The position numbers and the translations under genes were made by a program. A model generated the notes under the pieces. The model was not told where the DNA came from and searched no databases. It saw nothing but the letters and a program-made list of their open reading frames with translations. Positions 19,849 through 29,221 of a DNA stretch of 64,000 nucleotides are shown piece by piece. The stretch covers positions 46,549 to 110,548 of the forward strand of contig JBCBUC010000009.1 in NCBI GenBank assembly GCA_039818345.1. The letters are read 5' to 3'. Source of the DNA: Pseudomonadota bacterium. GTDB lineage: Bacteria > Pseudomonadota > Alphaproteobacteria > Caulobacterales > Parvularculaceae. Every line of letters begins with the position of its first letter. Position 1 is the stretch's first letter.

Positions 19849-20643
19849 ATGCCGACAGTTGAAATCTATAGTCGCGACACTGACCCTGAAAAGATATCGC
19901 AAAGCCTTTTGAAGGATGGCGGCGTCATCGTGCGCCAGCAGGTCAACGACGATATGGCTGACGCTGTTCGGCAGGAACTGCGTCCGTCCTTTGAACGAGA
20001 AGGTCGGGACTACGAAAACGACTTCAACGGCTATAAAACGCTACGTCTCAGCGGTGTTCTCGCGCTTTCGCGAAAGTCTGCCGACCTTATCGCCCACCCT
20101 TTTGTGACGGCTGTTGCCGATAACATTCTGAAAAAAAACTGCGAAAACTATCGGATCGGAAGCAGCACGGCGATCGAAATTCTTCCCGGTGAAGAGGATC
20201 AGGTGCTTCATCGCGACGATGATATCTATCCTATACGGATGCCTGGGGTCGAGTTTCAAATTGCGGCGATGTGGGCGCTCGATGACTTCACTGCGGAGAA
20301 CGGTGGGACACGCATTGTCCCAGGAAGCCAAGACCTGCGAAGCACCGATGTGGTAAAGGAAGATGATATCGTTCAAGCCGTCATGCCAAAGGGCTCAGTT
20401 CTCTTTTATCTCGGATCAACCGTTCATGGTGGAGGCGCGAACAAGGCGACGTCCGCTCGCGCTGGTCTTGTGACGACCTATAGTCTGGGTTGGCTACGAC
20501 AAGAAGATAATCAGTATCTCTCCGTTCCTCGGGAGATAGCAGACAGCTACCCAGAACACGTCCGCCGACTGATGGGCTACCAGTCGCATGGTCCACTGGG
20601 TGTGTTCCCTGGCGATCCCGATGACCACTGGCATAAAGCCTAA
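19849..20643 (+). CDS. PhyH-like Fe(II)/2-oxoglutarate dioxygenase
   Basis: LHRDD (HxD), WALDDFTAENGGT, VHGGGAN (distal His), R of ARAG, LGWLRQE. Confidence 0.88.
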   Translation: MPTVEIYSRDTDPEKISQSLLKDGGVIVRQQVNDDMADAVRQELRPSFEREGRDYENDFNGYKTLRLSGVLALSRKSADLIAHPFVTAVADNILKKNCENYRIGSSTAIEILPGEEDQVLHRDDDIYPIRMPGVEFQIAAMWALDDFTAENGGTRIVPGSQDLRSTDVVKEDDIVQAVMPKGSVLFYLGSTVHGGGANKATSARAGLVTTYSLGWLRQEDNQYLSVPREIADSYPEHVRRLMGYQSHGPLGVFPGDPDDHWHKA

Positions 20644-20652
20644 GTGATTGTT

Positions 20653-22560
20653 TTAGAGCATTGAAAGCTCATTGACTGCGCGGTAGGCCGCGTCGATAGC
20701 AGCATCAACATAAGCGGTCGCCTGGCTGTCACTGTTGGCCATCGCGATACGCCCAATCATCGCCCTTCCCTCAATATGAGGTCCCTTTGATGCGCCAAAG
20801 GATGGATCATCTTCGAGCTCATTATATTCGTAGGCGTATCCATGCGGCCATCGGTTGACGGTGATCCCCGCAATATCACGCTCCGCATCAAATCCATAAG
20901 GACCCAGAGCACCAGTTAGCTGTTTGATGATCTCTTGCTCAAAATCGTCAAAGGTCAGCCCATAGAGCTTTTGTCGGCCAATGCGGCTTTGCTCTTTCAT
21001 CGTCAGCCCCAGGCCCGGACTAATCGGTGCATGATGCATCGTCGCGATCATTGGTTCATCTGAGGATGAAGGGTAGAAATAGTCACCCATTGACACGGGA
21101 AAATCGAGCGTGATCGAATGGAAAAAAGAACCTGGGCAGAAGATCCGATAAGTGCCCGCATTTTCAAAGGCGCGCCAGTTCCGTAGCGCTATGTTGGTGT
21201 AAACCAGCGGTGTTTTTTCCGCATACTCAATCGCCTTGCGCTGAGTCTCGGGCATTTGAGGGCAAAGATAGGGCGTGACGCTCGAATAACACGCCATGAC
21301 AACATTTTTTGCTCGAACCCGATGAGCCTCACCCTCTGAGACATAAACAACATCGACACTTCCGTCTTCAGTGTTGCGAACATCCACCGCCGTCGACGAC
21401 AAACGAATACGGACCGCGGCTCCGTCCTGGTCCAGAAGGCCGTAATTCGCCCTCGCGGTCACGACATCTTCCATGGTCGATCCCGGGATGCTGCCTGGGA
21501 TCAGTGATCTGACGAAAAGACGGGCAACACTCGCGTTCCCGTCGGGAAAATGAAAGATATAGGGTTCTTCTTCACCGACCGGCCCATCGGCACCTTCTCC
21601 TAACCCAAGGGCCTGCATCCCAGGCATGCCCAAGCGGTAGCCTTCAAGCGCCGAGAGTGCGTCCCACCCCATCGCCCATATCCCAACAAACTTCCGCCGA
21701 AGGAAGAGTGCTGCTTCCTCCGTGAGGCCCGCATAGGTCTGGACAAAGACCTCGTAGCTGGTTGAACGCATGATCTCGAACTTTTCTTCAAGCGAACGAC
21801 CATCGAGATAGTCCTCAGGGTCAATGACCAGGCGCTCCAGGCTGTTCCGCGACTCTTGGGACAGGGGGAATTGGGCGAGTGAGCTCCTAACTGAATCAAT
21901 ATCGGGCTCCTCACCGAACACCGGATCCAGCTGCGGGACCAAACGATCTTCGCCGTAGCTCTCGGCGTCGAAATAGACATGCTCTAACAGGTCACGATCG
22001 GAGAAGAATGATTGATCATAATACTGATAGAATTTATCTGTATCAATGCCAATTTCACGAATGGTCTTGGCAGCAATGTCAGAATAGCTGCCCGGCGCCT
22101 CGATCGTTTGACTTCCGCCATAACCAATCACCGTTCGTCCATCGATGGTGAACTCGTTACGTTTCGCATGCCCCCCAAAGTCGTCGTGATTATCCAGCAC
22201 CAAAATGCGCGCGTCCTGGCCAAACCGTTCGCGATAGAAGTAGGCAGCCGCGAGACCTGATAAACCGCCGCCCACCACAACGAGATCATAGTCACCGTCG
22301 GTTTGCTCGTCAGGTCGTGCCCATTTGCGTCCTGCCCATGATAATTGGTGGGCGACCTCAAACGAACCGGGATGGCTTCCTCGCATTCCCGTCAATGCCG
22401 GAGGATAAGGCCCGCTCGGTACCGCAGTGGCCGCATCAATGACGTCGACCGGCGCCTCACCACCACATCCAAGAACGCTTAGGGGTGTTGCGCCAACACC
22501 GATAGCGATCGGCAGACCGTTCAAAAAGTCTCGGCGAGAGATCTTGCTTAGCTTTGACAT
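20653..22560 (-). CDS. spdH: Spermidine dehydrogenase SpdH-like, Tat-exported, copy 1 (possible lipoprotein)
   Basis: SRRDFL Tat motif, YPPALTGMRGSHPG, VGGGLSGL, HDDFGGHAKRNEF, YIFHFPDGNAS, RWPHGY. These match the P. aeruginosa SpdH pattern as I recall it. Confidence 0.82.
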   Translation of the reverse strand: MSKLSKISRRDFLNGLPIAIGVGATPLSVLGCGGEAPVDVIDAATAVPSGPYPPALTGMRGSHPGSFEVAHQLSWAGRKWARPDEQTDGDYDLVVVGGGLSGLAAAYFYRERFGQDARILVLDNHDDFGGHAKRNEFTIDGRTVIGYGGSQTIEAPGSYSDIAAKTIREIGIDTDKFYQYYDQSFFSDRDLLEHVYFDAESYGEDRLVPQLDPVFGEEPDIDSVRSSLAQFPLSQESRNSLERLVIDPEDYLDGRSLEEKFEIMRSTSYEVFVQTYAGLTEEAALFLRRKFVGIWAMGWDALSALEGYRLGMPGMQALGLGEGADGPVGEEEPYIFHFPDGNASVARLFVRSLIPGSIPGSTMEDVVTARANYGLLDQDGAAVRIRLSSTAVDVRNTEDGSVDVVYVSEGEAHRVRAKNVVMACYSSVTPYLCPQMPETQRKAIEYAEKTPLVYTNIALRNWRAFENAGTYRIFCPGSFFHSITLDFPVSMGDYFYPSSSDEPMIATMHHAPISPGLGLTMKEQSRIGRQKLYGLTFDDFEQEIIKQLTGALGPYGFDAERDIAGITVNRWPHGYAYEYNELEDDPSFGASKGPHIEGRAMIGRIAMANSDSQATAYVDAAIDAAYRAVNELSML

Positions 22561-22693
22561 TGGACTCCCAATCCCCTTGCGCGGCGGGTCAAAGAAATCC
22601 GACCAACGTCAATGACCCTTGAGCATGCAGATTAAGCTGAGACCGCCAATAACGGAAGCCTCAGCCTGCAATGTGTTGCCCGAATCCGTGGGA

Positions 22694-24193
22694 CTAGGAC
22701 ATGGCCGGGAAGCTGAGCTCCGCACCCGATCGGATACTGGTTGGCCACCGGCCGGTCACCGTCTTCATACGTGTGAAGAAGCGCACACCTTCTGGACCAT
22801 ACATGTGATGATCACCGAACAACGATTTTTTCCATCCACCGAAAGAATAGAACGCCAACGGAACAGGAAGAGGAACGTTCACACCGACCATGCCGATATT
22901 GGCCTCACGGGTGAAGGCCCGCGCCGCATCACCGTCACGGGTGAAGATGCATGTTCCGTTACCATACTCATGACTTTGAACAAGGTTGACGGCCTCATCG
23001 TAGGATTGAGTCCGAACACAGACGAGCACCGGACCAAATATCTCATCTGTATAGACACTCATATCAGGCGTGACACGATCAAGAAGCGTCGGCCCACACC
23101 AAAAACCATCTTCATAACCTTGGCCTGGTTGGTAGGTGCGGCCATCAAGCACGACATCCGCGCCAGCGGCTTCACCTTCACCGATATAGTTTTTCACCTT
23201 GGCGGCATGGGCGGCGGTGATCAGGGGACCCATTTCATTATCGCGGTCCATCCCGTCACCCACTTTGATCGTCTGGGCTTTCTCAGCGATCGCGTTAACA
23301 AGAGCGTCAGCTGTCTGATCGCCCACAGCCACGGCCACGGACAAGGCCATGCAACGCTCGCCCGCTGATCCATAAGCTGCGCCAATCATCGCATCGACGG
23401 CCTGATTAAGATCCGCGTCAGGCATAATAATGGCATGATTTTTCGCGCCGCCAAGCGCCTGAACACGCTTGCCATATTCAGTTCCCTTACGGTGGATATA
23501 TTCCGCCACCGGCGTCGATCCGACAAAGCTGATGGCATCAACATCAGGATGCTCAAGAAGCCGGTCGACAGCGACCTTGTCACCGTGAACAACGTTGAAG
23601 ACGCCATCCGGCAAACCCGCCTCTTTAAAGAGCTCGCCCAAAATGGCGCTGACGGATGGATCCCGCTCACTAGGTTTAAGGATATAGGTGTTCCCGCACG
23701 CGATGGCGATCGGCGCTGTCCAGAGGGGTACCATGGCCGGAAAATTGAACGGGGTGATGGCGGCGACAACACCCACCGGATGGCGGCTGTTAAAGCAATC
23801 GATCCCTGGTCCAACTTGTTGTGAATAGTCGCCCTTCAGAAGTTCAGGAATGCCGCATGCGTACTCCACCACTTCAAACCCGCGCGTCAGTTCGCCCAAA
23901 GCATCGGACCAGACTTTCCCATGCTCCTGCACAATCGCCTGGCAAAGACGCTCGCGATTTTGAGTGAGGAGCTCGCGGAACCGGAACATGATGGCGACTC
24001 GCTTCATGATCGGCGTATCAGCCCAAGCGGTAGAGGCGTCTTTGGCAACCTTCACGGCGGCATCGACATCGTCCGAGGCGGCGAGCCTAACATGGCGCAC
24101 GACTTCGCCCGTCGCGGGGTTAAAGATCGGCGCGGAGTTGTCGCTAGCACCAGAATAGACTTCGCCACCGACAAAGTGTTCAACAGTCTGCAT
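22694..24193 (-). CDS. mmsA: CoA-acylating (methyl)malonate-semialdehyde dehydrogenase (MmsA/BauB)
   Basis: ITPFNFPAMVP, KPSERDP, FVGSTP, LGGAKNH, GERCMA, EIFGP, GNGTCIFT, VNVPLPVP. Confidence 0.92.
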   Translation of the reverse strand: MQTVEHFVGGEVYSGASDNSAPIFNPATGEVVRHVRLAASDDVDAAVKVAKDASTAWADTPIMKRVAIMFRFRELLTQNRERLCQAIVQEHGKVWSDALGELTRGFEVVEYACGIPELLKGDYSQQVGPGIDCFNSRHPVGVVAAITPFNFPAMVPLWTAPIAIACGNTYILKPSERDPSVSAILGELFKEAGLPDGVFNVVHGDKVAVDRLLEHPDVDAISFVGSTPVAEYIHRKGTEYGKRVQALGGAKNHAIIMPDADLNQAVDAMIGAAYGSAGERCMALSVAVAVGDQTADALVNAIAEKAQTIKVGDGMDRDNEMGPLITAAHAAKVKNYIGEGEAAGADVVLDGRTYQPGQGYEDGFWCGPTLLDRVTPDMSVYTDEIFGPVLVCVRTQSYDEAVNLVQSHEYGNGTCIFTRDGDAARAFTREANIGMVGVNVPLPVPLAFYSFGGWKKSLFGDHHMYGPEGVRFFTRMKTVTGRWPTSIRSGAELSFPAMS

Positions 24194-24213
24194 ATCGATG
24201 TTCCTTGTATGAA

Positions 24214-25548
24214 TTAATGAACGGAGCGCAGTGCTTTGCGCACGGTCTCAATCGCCACCTCAACATCATCCTTGGAGAAGGTGAGAATGGGTGAAATCGC
24301 CATGTCATCGCCATTGTTTCGAATATAAACGCCGTTGGCGAACGCTTCCTTGAAGACGGCTGTTGCACGGTCCCCTGGCATCTCTTTCCGTTCAACGGTG
24401 ATGCCAGCAGCGAGTCCCATGTTTCGAATATCGTGCACGAAGGGTTCACCCTTCAAACTGTGCACTGCCTCCTCAAAGAACGGCATAAGCTCTTTGGCAT
24501 TGTCATAGGCGCCTTCCTCACGGAAAACTTCCTGCGTCGCCAAGGCCGCGGCGGCAGCTAGGGGGTGTCCGGAATAGGTATACCCGTGGAAGAACTCAAC
24601 GCCCGCTTTGGTCCCCTCCATAAAGGTGTCGTAGATCTTGTCTTGGATGATCGCGGCGCCAAGCGGCACGGACCCATTGTTGATCCCCTTCGCAATCGTC
24701 ACGATATCAGGCTGGACACCGAACAATGATGCCGCATTGCGATCACCGATCCGGCCAAAAGCCGAAATAACTTCGTCAACGATCAAAAGAATACCATGCT
24801 TTTCCGTGACTTCCCGTAGACGCTTGAGATAGCCTGCAGGCGGAACATAAACGCCGCCAGACCCTGCGAACGGCTCAACGATAACCGCGGCGATCGTCGA
24901 AGGGTCATGCAAGGTGATCATATGCTCGAGCTCTTTCATATAGGGCTCAGGATCAATCTGCGGTTCACCGCGCGTGAAAGCATGGGCACTTTGATCGTAA
25001 GGGAATGACATGTGATCAGTCCCCGGTAGAAGACTACCAAAAAACTTCCGGTTGTTGACCATCCCGCCAACACTGATGCCGCCAAAGCCGACACCGTGAT
25101 AGCCGCGTTCACGTCCGATCAGGCGTGTGCGGCCACCCTCTCCCCGCATCCGGTGATAGGCAATCGCCAGTTTAAGCGCCGTGTCAGCAGCCTCTGAACC
25201 CGAATTGGTGAAGAAGGCGTGATTTAGTTTGTCCGGAAACTGATCAGTGACAACTTTGGCCAACTCGAAAATCTGTGAATGGCCGAAATTGAACGCAGGC
25301 GAATAATCCATCTGTGCAGCCTGCCGTTGAATTGCCTCCACGATTTTGGGGTGGTTATGTCCAAGGTTGACGCACCAAAGACCAGAAAACGCATCCAAGA
25401 TTTTCCGGCCGTCCTCGGTGTAGTAATAATGGCCCTCGGCACGAGCCATTATTCGCGGGTCCGCACGGAACGCTTTGTTGGATGTAAAGGGCATCCAGTA
25501 TGGCTTGATCCAATCGTTATCGTTTTTCTGCGCTGCTTCATTGGTCAT
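24214..25548 (-). CDS. Omega-amino acid (beta-alanine):pyruvate aminotransferase, BauA-like
   Basis: YWMPFT, SGLWC, NSGSE, GYHGVGFGG, EPFAGSGG, DEVISAFGR, IAKG, HGYTYSGHP. Start moved to ATG 25548. Confidence 0.88.
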   Translation of the reverse strand: MTNEAAQKNDNDWIKPYWMPFTSNKAFRADPRIMARAEGHYYYTEDGRKILDAFSGLWCVNLGHNHPKIVEAIQRQAAQMDYSPAFNFGHSQIFELAKVVTDQFPDKLNHAFFTNSGSEAADTALKLAIAYHRMRGEGGRTRLIGRERGYHGVGFGGISVGGMVNNRKFFGSLLPGTDHMSFPYDQSAHAFTRGEPQIDPEPYMKELEHMITLHDPSTIAAVIVEPFAGSGGVYVPPAGYLKRLREVTEKHGILLIVDEVISAFGRIGDRNAASLFGVQPDIVTIAKGINNGSVPLGAAIIQDKIYDTFMEGTKAGVEFFHGYTYSGHPLAAAAALATQEVFREEGAYDNAKELMPFFEEAVHSLKGEPFVHDIRNMGLAAGITVERKEMPGDRATAVFKEAFANGVYIRNNGDDMAISPILTFSKDDVEVAIETVRKALRSVH

Positions 25549-25669
25549 GTTGGAAATTCCGTTGCCGAGGTGGTCGAGGATTACAGTAATAGTATTTTGA
25601 ACGCGCCGTCTGGCAAGCGTTTCACGACATCCGAAACCCCCCGTATTTACTCGCGATCGCAAAAGCATA

Positions 25670-25687
25670 TGTTTAGCTTCTTAAACA
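25670..25687. promoter_or_regulatory. Palindrome TGTTTA-N6-TAAACA in the divergent bauA / XRE-cupin intergenic region
   Basis: Perfect 6-bp inverted repeat just 5' of the GGAGG SD of the regulator. Confidence 0.45.
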
Positions 25688-25700
25688 CGGAGGCGGAGCG

Positions 25701-26246
25701 ATGGACGATTTAGGCGAACGGATCAGGAGTTTGCGCGGTGAAGCAGGGAAAAGTCAGCGCGCTTTAGCGCGCGACGCCGGCGTCTCGAACGGCACGATTT
25801 CGCTTATTGAGAGTGGCCAATCCGATCCCACCGTGGGCCAACTCAAAAAAATCCTTGGCGCCCTCGATGTGTCGATGGTCCAGTTTTTTGAAGGCGGACA
25901 CGAACCAAACGAGCAATATTTTTACTCGGCGGACGACCTCGTAGAGATCGGGTCGGGCAAAATATCCTATAAGCACGTACACGACCCAAGGAAGACACGG
26001 CAACTTCAAATCCTAAGTGAGGTCTATGAACCAGGCGCGGACACGGGGCCTTCCATGCTTCGTCACGATGGCGAAGAAGGCGGCGTGATCATTTCAGGAG
26101 AGTTAGAAGTGCAGGTCCTCGGCAAGAAACGACGTTTAAAAGCAGGTGATGCCTATCAATTCCCGAGCCACCTTCCCCACCGTTTTCGCAACACGGGCAA
26201 GTCCAAGTGCCGTCTTATCTCCGCTTGCACACCGCCGTCCTTTTAA
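25701..26246 (+). CDS. XRE-HTH + cupin regulator (PuuR/PauR-like)
   Basis: LARDAGVSNGTISLIESGQSDP HTH. C-terminal cupin (HDGEEGG, PHRFRN, SACTPPSF). Confidence 0.88.
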   Translation: MDDLGERIRSLRGEAGKSQRALARDAGVSNGTISLIESGQSDPTVGQLKKILGALDVSMVQFFEGGHEPNEQYFYSADDLVEIGSGKISYKHVHDPRKTRQLQILSEVYEPGADTGPSMLRHDGEEGGVIISGELEVQVLGKKRRLKAGDAYQFPSHLPHRFRNTGKSKCRLISACTPPSF

Positions 26247-26272
26247 TCCGTTAGCCGCGAAAGCCCGACCCT

Positions 26273-26602
26273 ATGGCTTATGCCTTTCTCATTGGTGCGA
26301 TTATTTTTGAGGTCGCTGGCACTGCTGCACTCAAACTTTCCGATGGTTTTACCAAGCTTTGGCCATCGTCAATCACCGTTATAGGCTATGGCGCGTCATT
26401 CTATCTCTTGTCCTTGAGTTTACGCACACTGAATGTCGGCTACACCTACGCCATCTGGTCAGCGGTCGGGCTTATTCTACTTGCTCTGATTGGCGCCCTT
26501 TTTATGGACGAGACGGTGGATTTGGCGGGCATATTAGGAATTGGACTGATCGCGGCTGGCGTGATCATCATGAGCGTCTATTCAAAAATGGGCGGCCACT
26601 GA
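26273..26602 (+). CDS. Small multidrug resistance (SMR/EmrE-QacE type) transporter
   Basis: FEVAGTAALKLSDGFTK (Glu14 equivalent), YAIWSAVG, 4 TM, 109 aa. Confidence 0.92.
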   Translation: MAYAFLIGAIIFEVAGTAALKLSDGFTKLWPSSITVIGYGASFYLLSLSLRTLNVGYTYAIWSAVGLILLALIGALFMDETVDLAGILGIGLIAAGVIIMSVYSKMGGH

Positions 26603-26629
26603 AAACCTTAAGGGAGTTGGGGACGAAAC

Positions 26630-28258
26630 ATGGATCACCAATACTACGACGCCATCGTCATCGGCGCTGGTCACAATGGTCTTACCACCGCCAATTACCT
26701 GGCGATGGGTGGCCTCAGCGTTTGTGTGCTCGAACAACGCGACGTGATCGGCGGCGCCGCGGTGAGCGAAGAGTTCCACCCCGGCTTTCGCAACTCGATC
26801 GCTTCCTACGTGGTCAGCCTTTTACGGCCCGAAGTGGTCGACGAGCTGGAGCTCAAAAAATACGGATACGAGCCGATACTGCTTCAAAATTCCTTCTATC
26901 CCGACAGCAAGGGCGACTATCTTCTTCTCACCGATGATGATGACCACAATCGCCGTCAGTACGAAAAATTCTCGTCGACAGACTACCAAGCACTCTCACA
27001 ATACTATGAATTCGTTGAACAAACAGGTGAGATCATCTCCAGCCAATGGCTTAAAGAGCCACCGAAACTATCGGTAAGTGGGCTGAGTGATATGATTTCT
27101 TCGGCTAAACTCGGGCTCGACGTTCTCAAACTCAATGAAGAGTCGCGCCACCGTATGCTGCAATTTTTGATCGGTGCTCCAGTCACCATCATTGATCGTT
27201 GGTTCGAGAGCGAGAAGATCAAAGCCATGGTGGCGGCCTCGTGCACACCGGCCAACTACGCCTCGCTGCATCAACCCGGAGCAGCAATGGCTATGCTCCA
27301 CCACGCCGTCGGCGAGGTCGACGGTGAAAAGGGCGGCTGGGGACTTGTGAAAGGCGGCATGGGGACGATCACCCAAGCCATGGGGAAATCAGCCGAAGCG
27401 AAGGGCGTGGTGATCCGGACTGGCGTTCCGGTCGGTAAGATTATCGTAGAAAACGGTGTTGCCAGCGGTGTTCAACTTGAGAGTGGTGAGACCCTCTTTG
27501 CCAAGACGATCGCTGCGAACACTGACCCCAACCGAACTTTCCTCAAGCTCTTAGGTGAAGAGCATCTACCGACAGGGTTTGCCAAGGATATTGGGGCAAT
27601 CAGACAAGAATCCGCTTCCTTACGGATGAATTTGGCACTGAGCGGCTTGCCCGAATTCGCGTGTATCCCAGGCAAAGAGCTTGGCCCTCACCATAAGGCC
27701 AGCATCATGTTCATCGAAAGCAAGGATCACGTTGAGACCGCCTATAACGCGGCGCGCAGTGGGCGTCCTGCTGACCCACCCTTCATCGATGCACTGATCC
27801 CGAGCACGATTGACGATACGCTCACTGACGAGCCCGGCACACATGTCATGAGCCTTTTGTGCAAGTATATGCCCTATGATCTTGAGGACGGTAAGTCCTG
27901 GGACAACGAGAAAGAACGGGTCACCGAAAACGTTCTCAACTACCTATCGACGATGATCCCTAATCTGCGCGATATTCTGGTGGCGACGCAGTGCCTGACG
28001 CCGCTTGATCTTGAACGGATGTTCGGTATGACGCGCGGAGATATCTGTCACGGCCGGTTAGAGCCTGATCAATTGTTCAGTGCGCGCCCCCATCCCGATG
28101 CTGCACAATATGGCACGCCGGTGAAAAACCTTTATCTCTGCGGGTCTGGTGCCCATCCAGGCGGCGGCGTTACGGGTGCCCCTGGCCGAAACGCGGCCAA
28201 GCGCATTTTGAAAGACTGGAAACGTCTACGGACCAACACGATGGGCCGCGCCAGTTAA
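26630..28258 (+). CDS. COG1233 FAD oxidoreductase, stand-alone, PYROXD2-like
   Basis: YDAIVIGAGHNGL, VIGGAAVSEE, ASYVVSLLRP, GGMGTIT, GSGAHPGGGVTGAPGRNAA. Confidence 0.88.
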   Translation: MDHQYYDAIVIGAGHNGLTTANYLAMGGLSVCVLEQRDVIGGAAVSEEFHPGFRNSIASYVVSLLRPEVVDELELKKYGYEPILLQNSFYPDSKGDYLLLTDDDDHNRRQYEKFSSTDYQALSQYYEFVEQTGEIISSQWLKEPPKLSVSGLSDMISSAKLGLDVLKLNEESRHRMLQFLIGAPVTIIDRWFESEKIKAMVAASCTPANYASLHQPGAAMAMLHHAVGEVDGEKGGWGLVKGGMGTITQAMGKSAEAKGVVIRTGVPVGKIIVENGVASGVQLESGETLFAKTIAANTDPNRTFLKLLGEEHLPTGFAKDIGAIRQESASLRMNLALSGLPEFACIPGKELGPHHKASIMFIESKDHVETAYNAARSGRPADPPFIDALIPSTIDDTLTDEPGTHVMSLLCKYMPYDLEDGKSWDNEKERVTENVLNYLSTMIPNLRDILVATQCLTPLDLERMFGMTRGDICHGRLEPDQLFSARPHPDAAQYGTPVKNLYLCGSGAHPGGGVTGAPGRNAAKRILKDWKRLRTNTMGRAS

Positions 28259-28587
28259 AGGTCTTCCCAGCAGATGAAAACGGCGTCGTCTTTGACTTTG
28301 CTCATCACGGCCTCGTGGATGTTGCTGATCACCGGGCCCGCATCGAGAATATAGGCATAGGCGGCATCGCATTGCGCGCGATCGCTAAAGGTCGAGACGA
28401 AAAAATATTCGTGATCCCGCGCCTCATCGGTGTCCATGGGCGTTCCTGCGCATCGCCGTCCGACAGGACCTGCGGAAGAGAGAAGTGATGCATCGATCAT
28501 ATGCCGGTTGAAGGCATCAATCGCCGCCAAGAAGTCTTGCGTCTCCACACCTTCCACGAGCGAAAAACAACTCAGCATATGGAACAT
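28255..28587 (-). CDS. Hypothetical protein (~110 aa, possible ferredoxin-like/dimeric alpha-beta barrel)
   Basis: ATG 28587 with GGAG SD, directly downstream of the Lrp gene. Fold guess only. Confidence 0.6.
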   Translation of the reverse strand: MFHMLSCFSLVEGVETQDFLAAIDAFNRHMIDASLLSSAGPVGRRCAGTPMDTDEARDHEYFFVSTFSDRAQCDAAYAYILDAGPVISNIHEAVMSKVKDDAVFICWEDL

Positions 28588-28618
28588 TGGGATCTCTCCA
28601 AGGATCGCGCGGTCGATG

Positions 28619-29107
28619 TCAACGGCCCGCAGGCTGGCGAATAGGCACCGCGGTCCGACGACAAATGGTGCGCAGAGCAAAGCTTGATTTTAAACGTTCC
28701 ACGCCCGGAAGGGTGGTGAGAACCTCGCTGTGAATGCGTTCATAGTCTTCAACGCTGGTACACAGAATACGCAAGAGATAGTCGCTGTCGCCGGACATCA
28801 GGGCACATTCCATGATCTCTGGGGTTTCCTGCACCGCCGTTTCAAAAGCTTCCAACGTCTCGCGCGCCTGGTCACGCAACGTGACCTGGACATAGGCGCT
28901 GGTCCGGTAACCCAAGTTCCAAGCACTCAGGATAGCGACGTATCGGTCAATGACGCCGGCTTGCTCGAGCGCCTTCACGCGCTTGTGGCAGGCGGAAAGG
29001 GAAAGCCCCACCGCTTCACCGACCTCTTGATAGGACGATCGCCCGTCCGACTGAAGCCAGGCAAGGATCTTCGCATCGAACTCATCTAAACGATAATTTT
29101 TTTCCAA
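28619..29107 (-). CDS. Lrp/AsnC family regulator (AldR-like, divergent from ald)
   Basis: LDEFDAKIL..LQSDGR..VGLSLSACHKRVKALE HTH, GDSDYLL RAM domain. Divergent from ald. Confidence 0.92.
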   Translation of the reverse strand: MEKNYRLDEFDAKILAWLQSDGRSSYQEVGEAVGLSLSACHKRVKALEQAGVIDRYVAILSAWNLGYRTSAYVQVTLRDQARETLEAFETAVQETPEIMECALMSGDSDYLLRILCTSVEDYERIHSEVLTTLPGVERLKSSFALRTICRRTAVPIRQPAGR

Positions 29108-29221
29108 GGATGGTGCCTTTGCGATATTTTCTTTCTTTAGTCTACGCCAACAAGAGAAAGAAGTCTAAGACTTTGAGCAAGAAAAATACTATCGTGTCCG
29201 GAGGATCAATGGAGATGAGCG

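Noticed and set aside
22619-23368. 249-aa plus-strand ORF, and similar long shadows at 11121, 31167, 34772, 35163, 41632, 51536 and 59654
   Set aside because: All overlap well-supported genes (antisense or alternate frame), as expected in GC-rich coding DNA.
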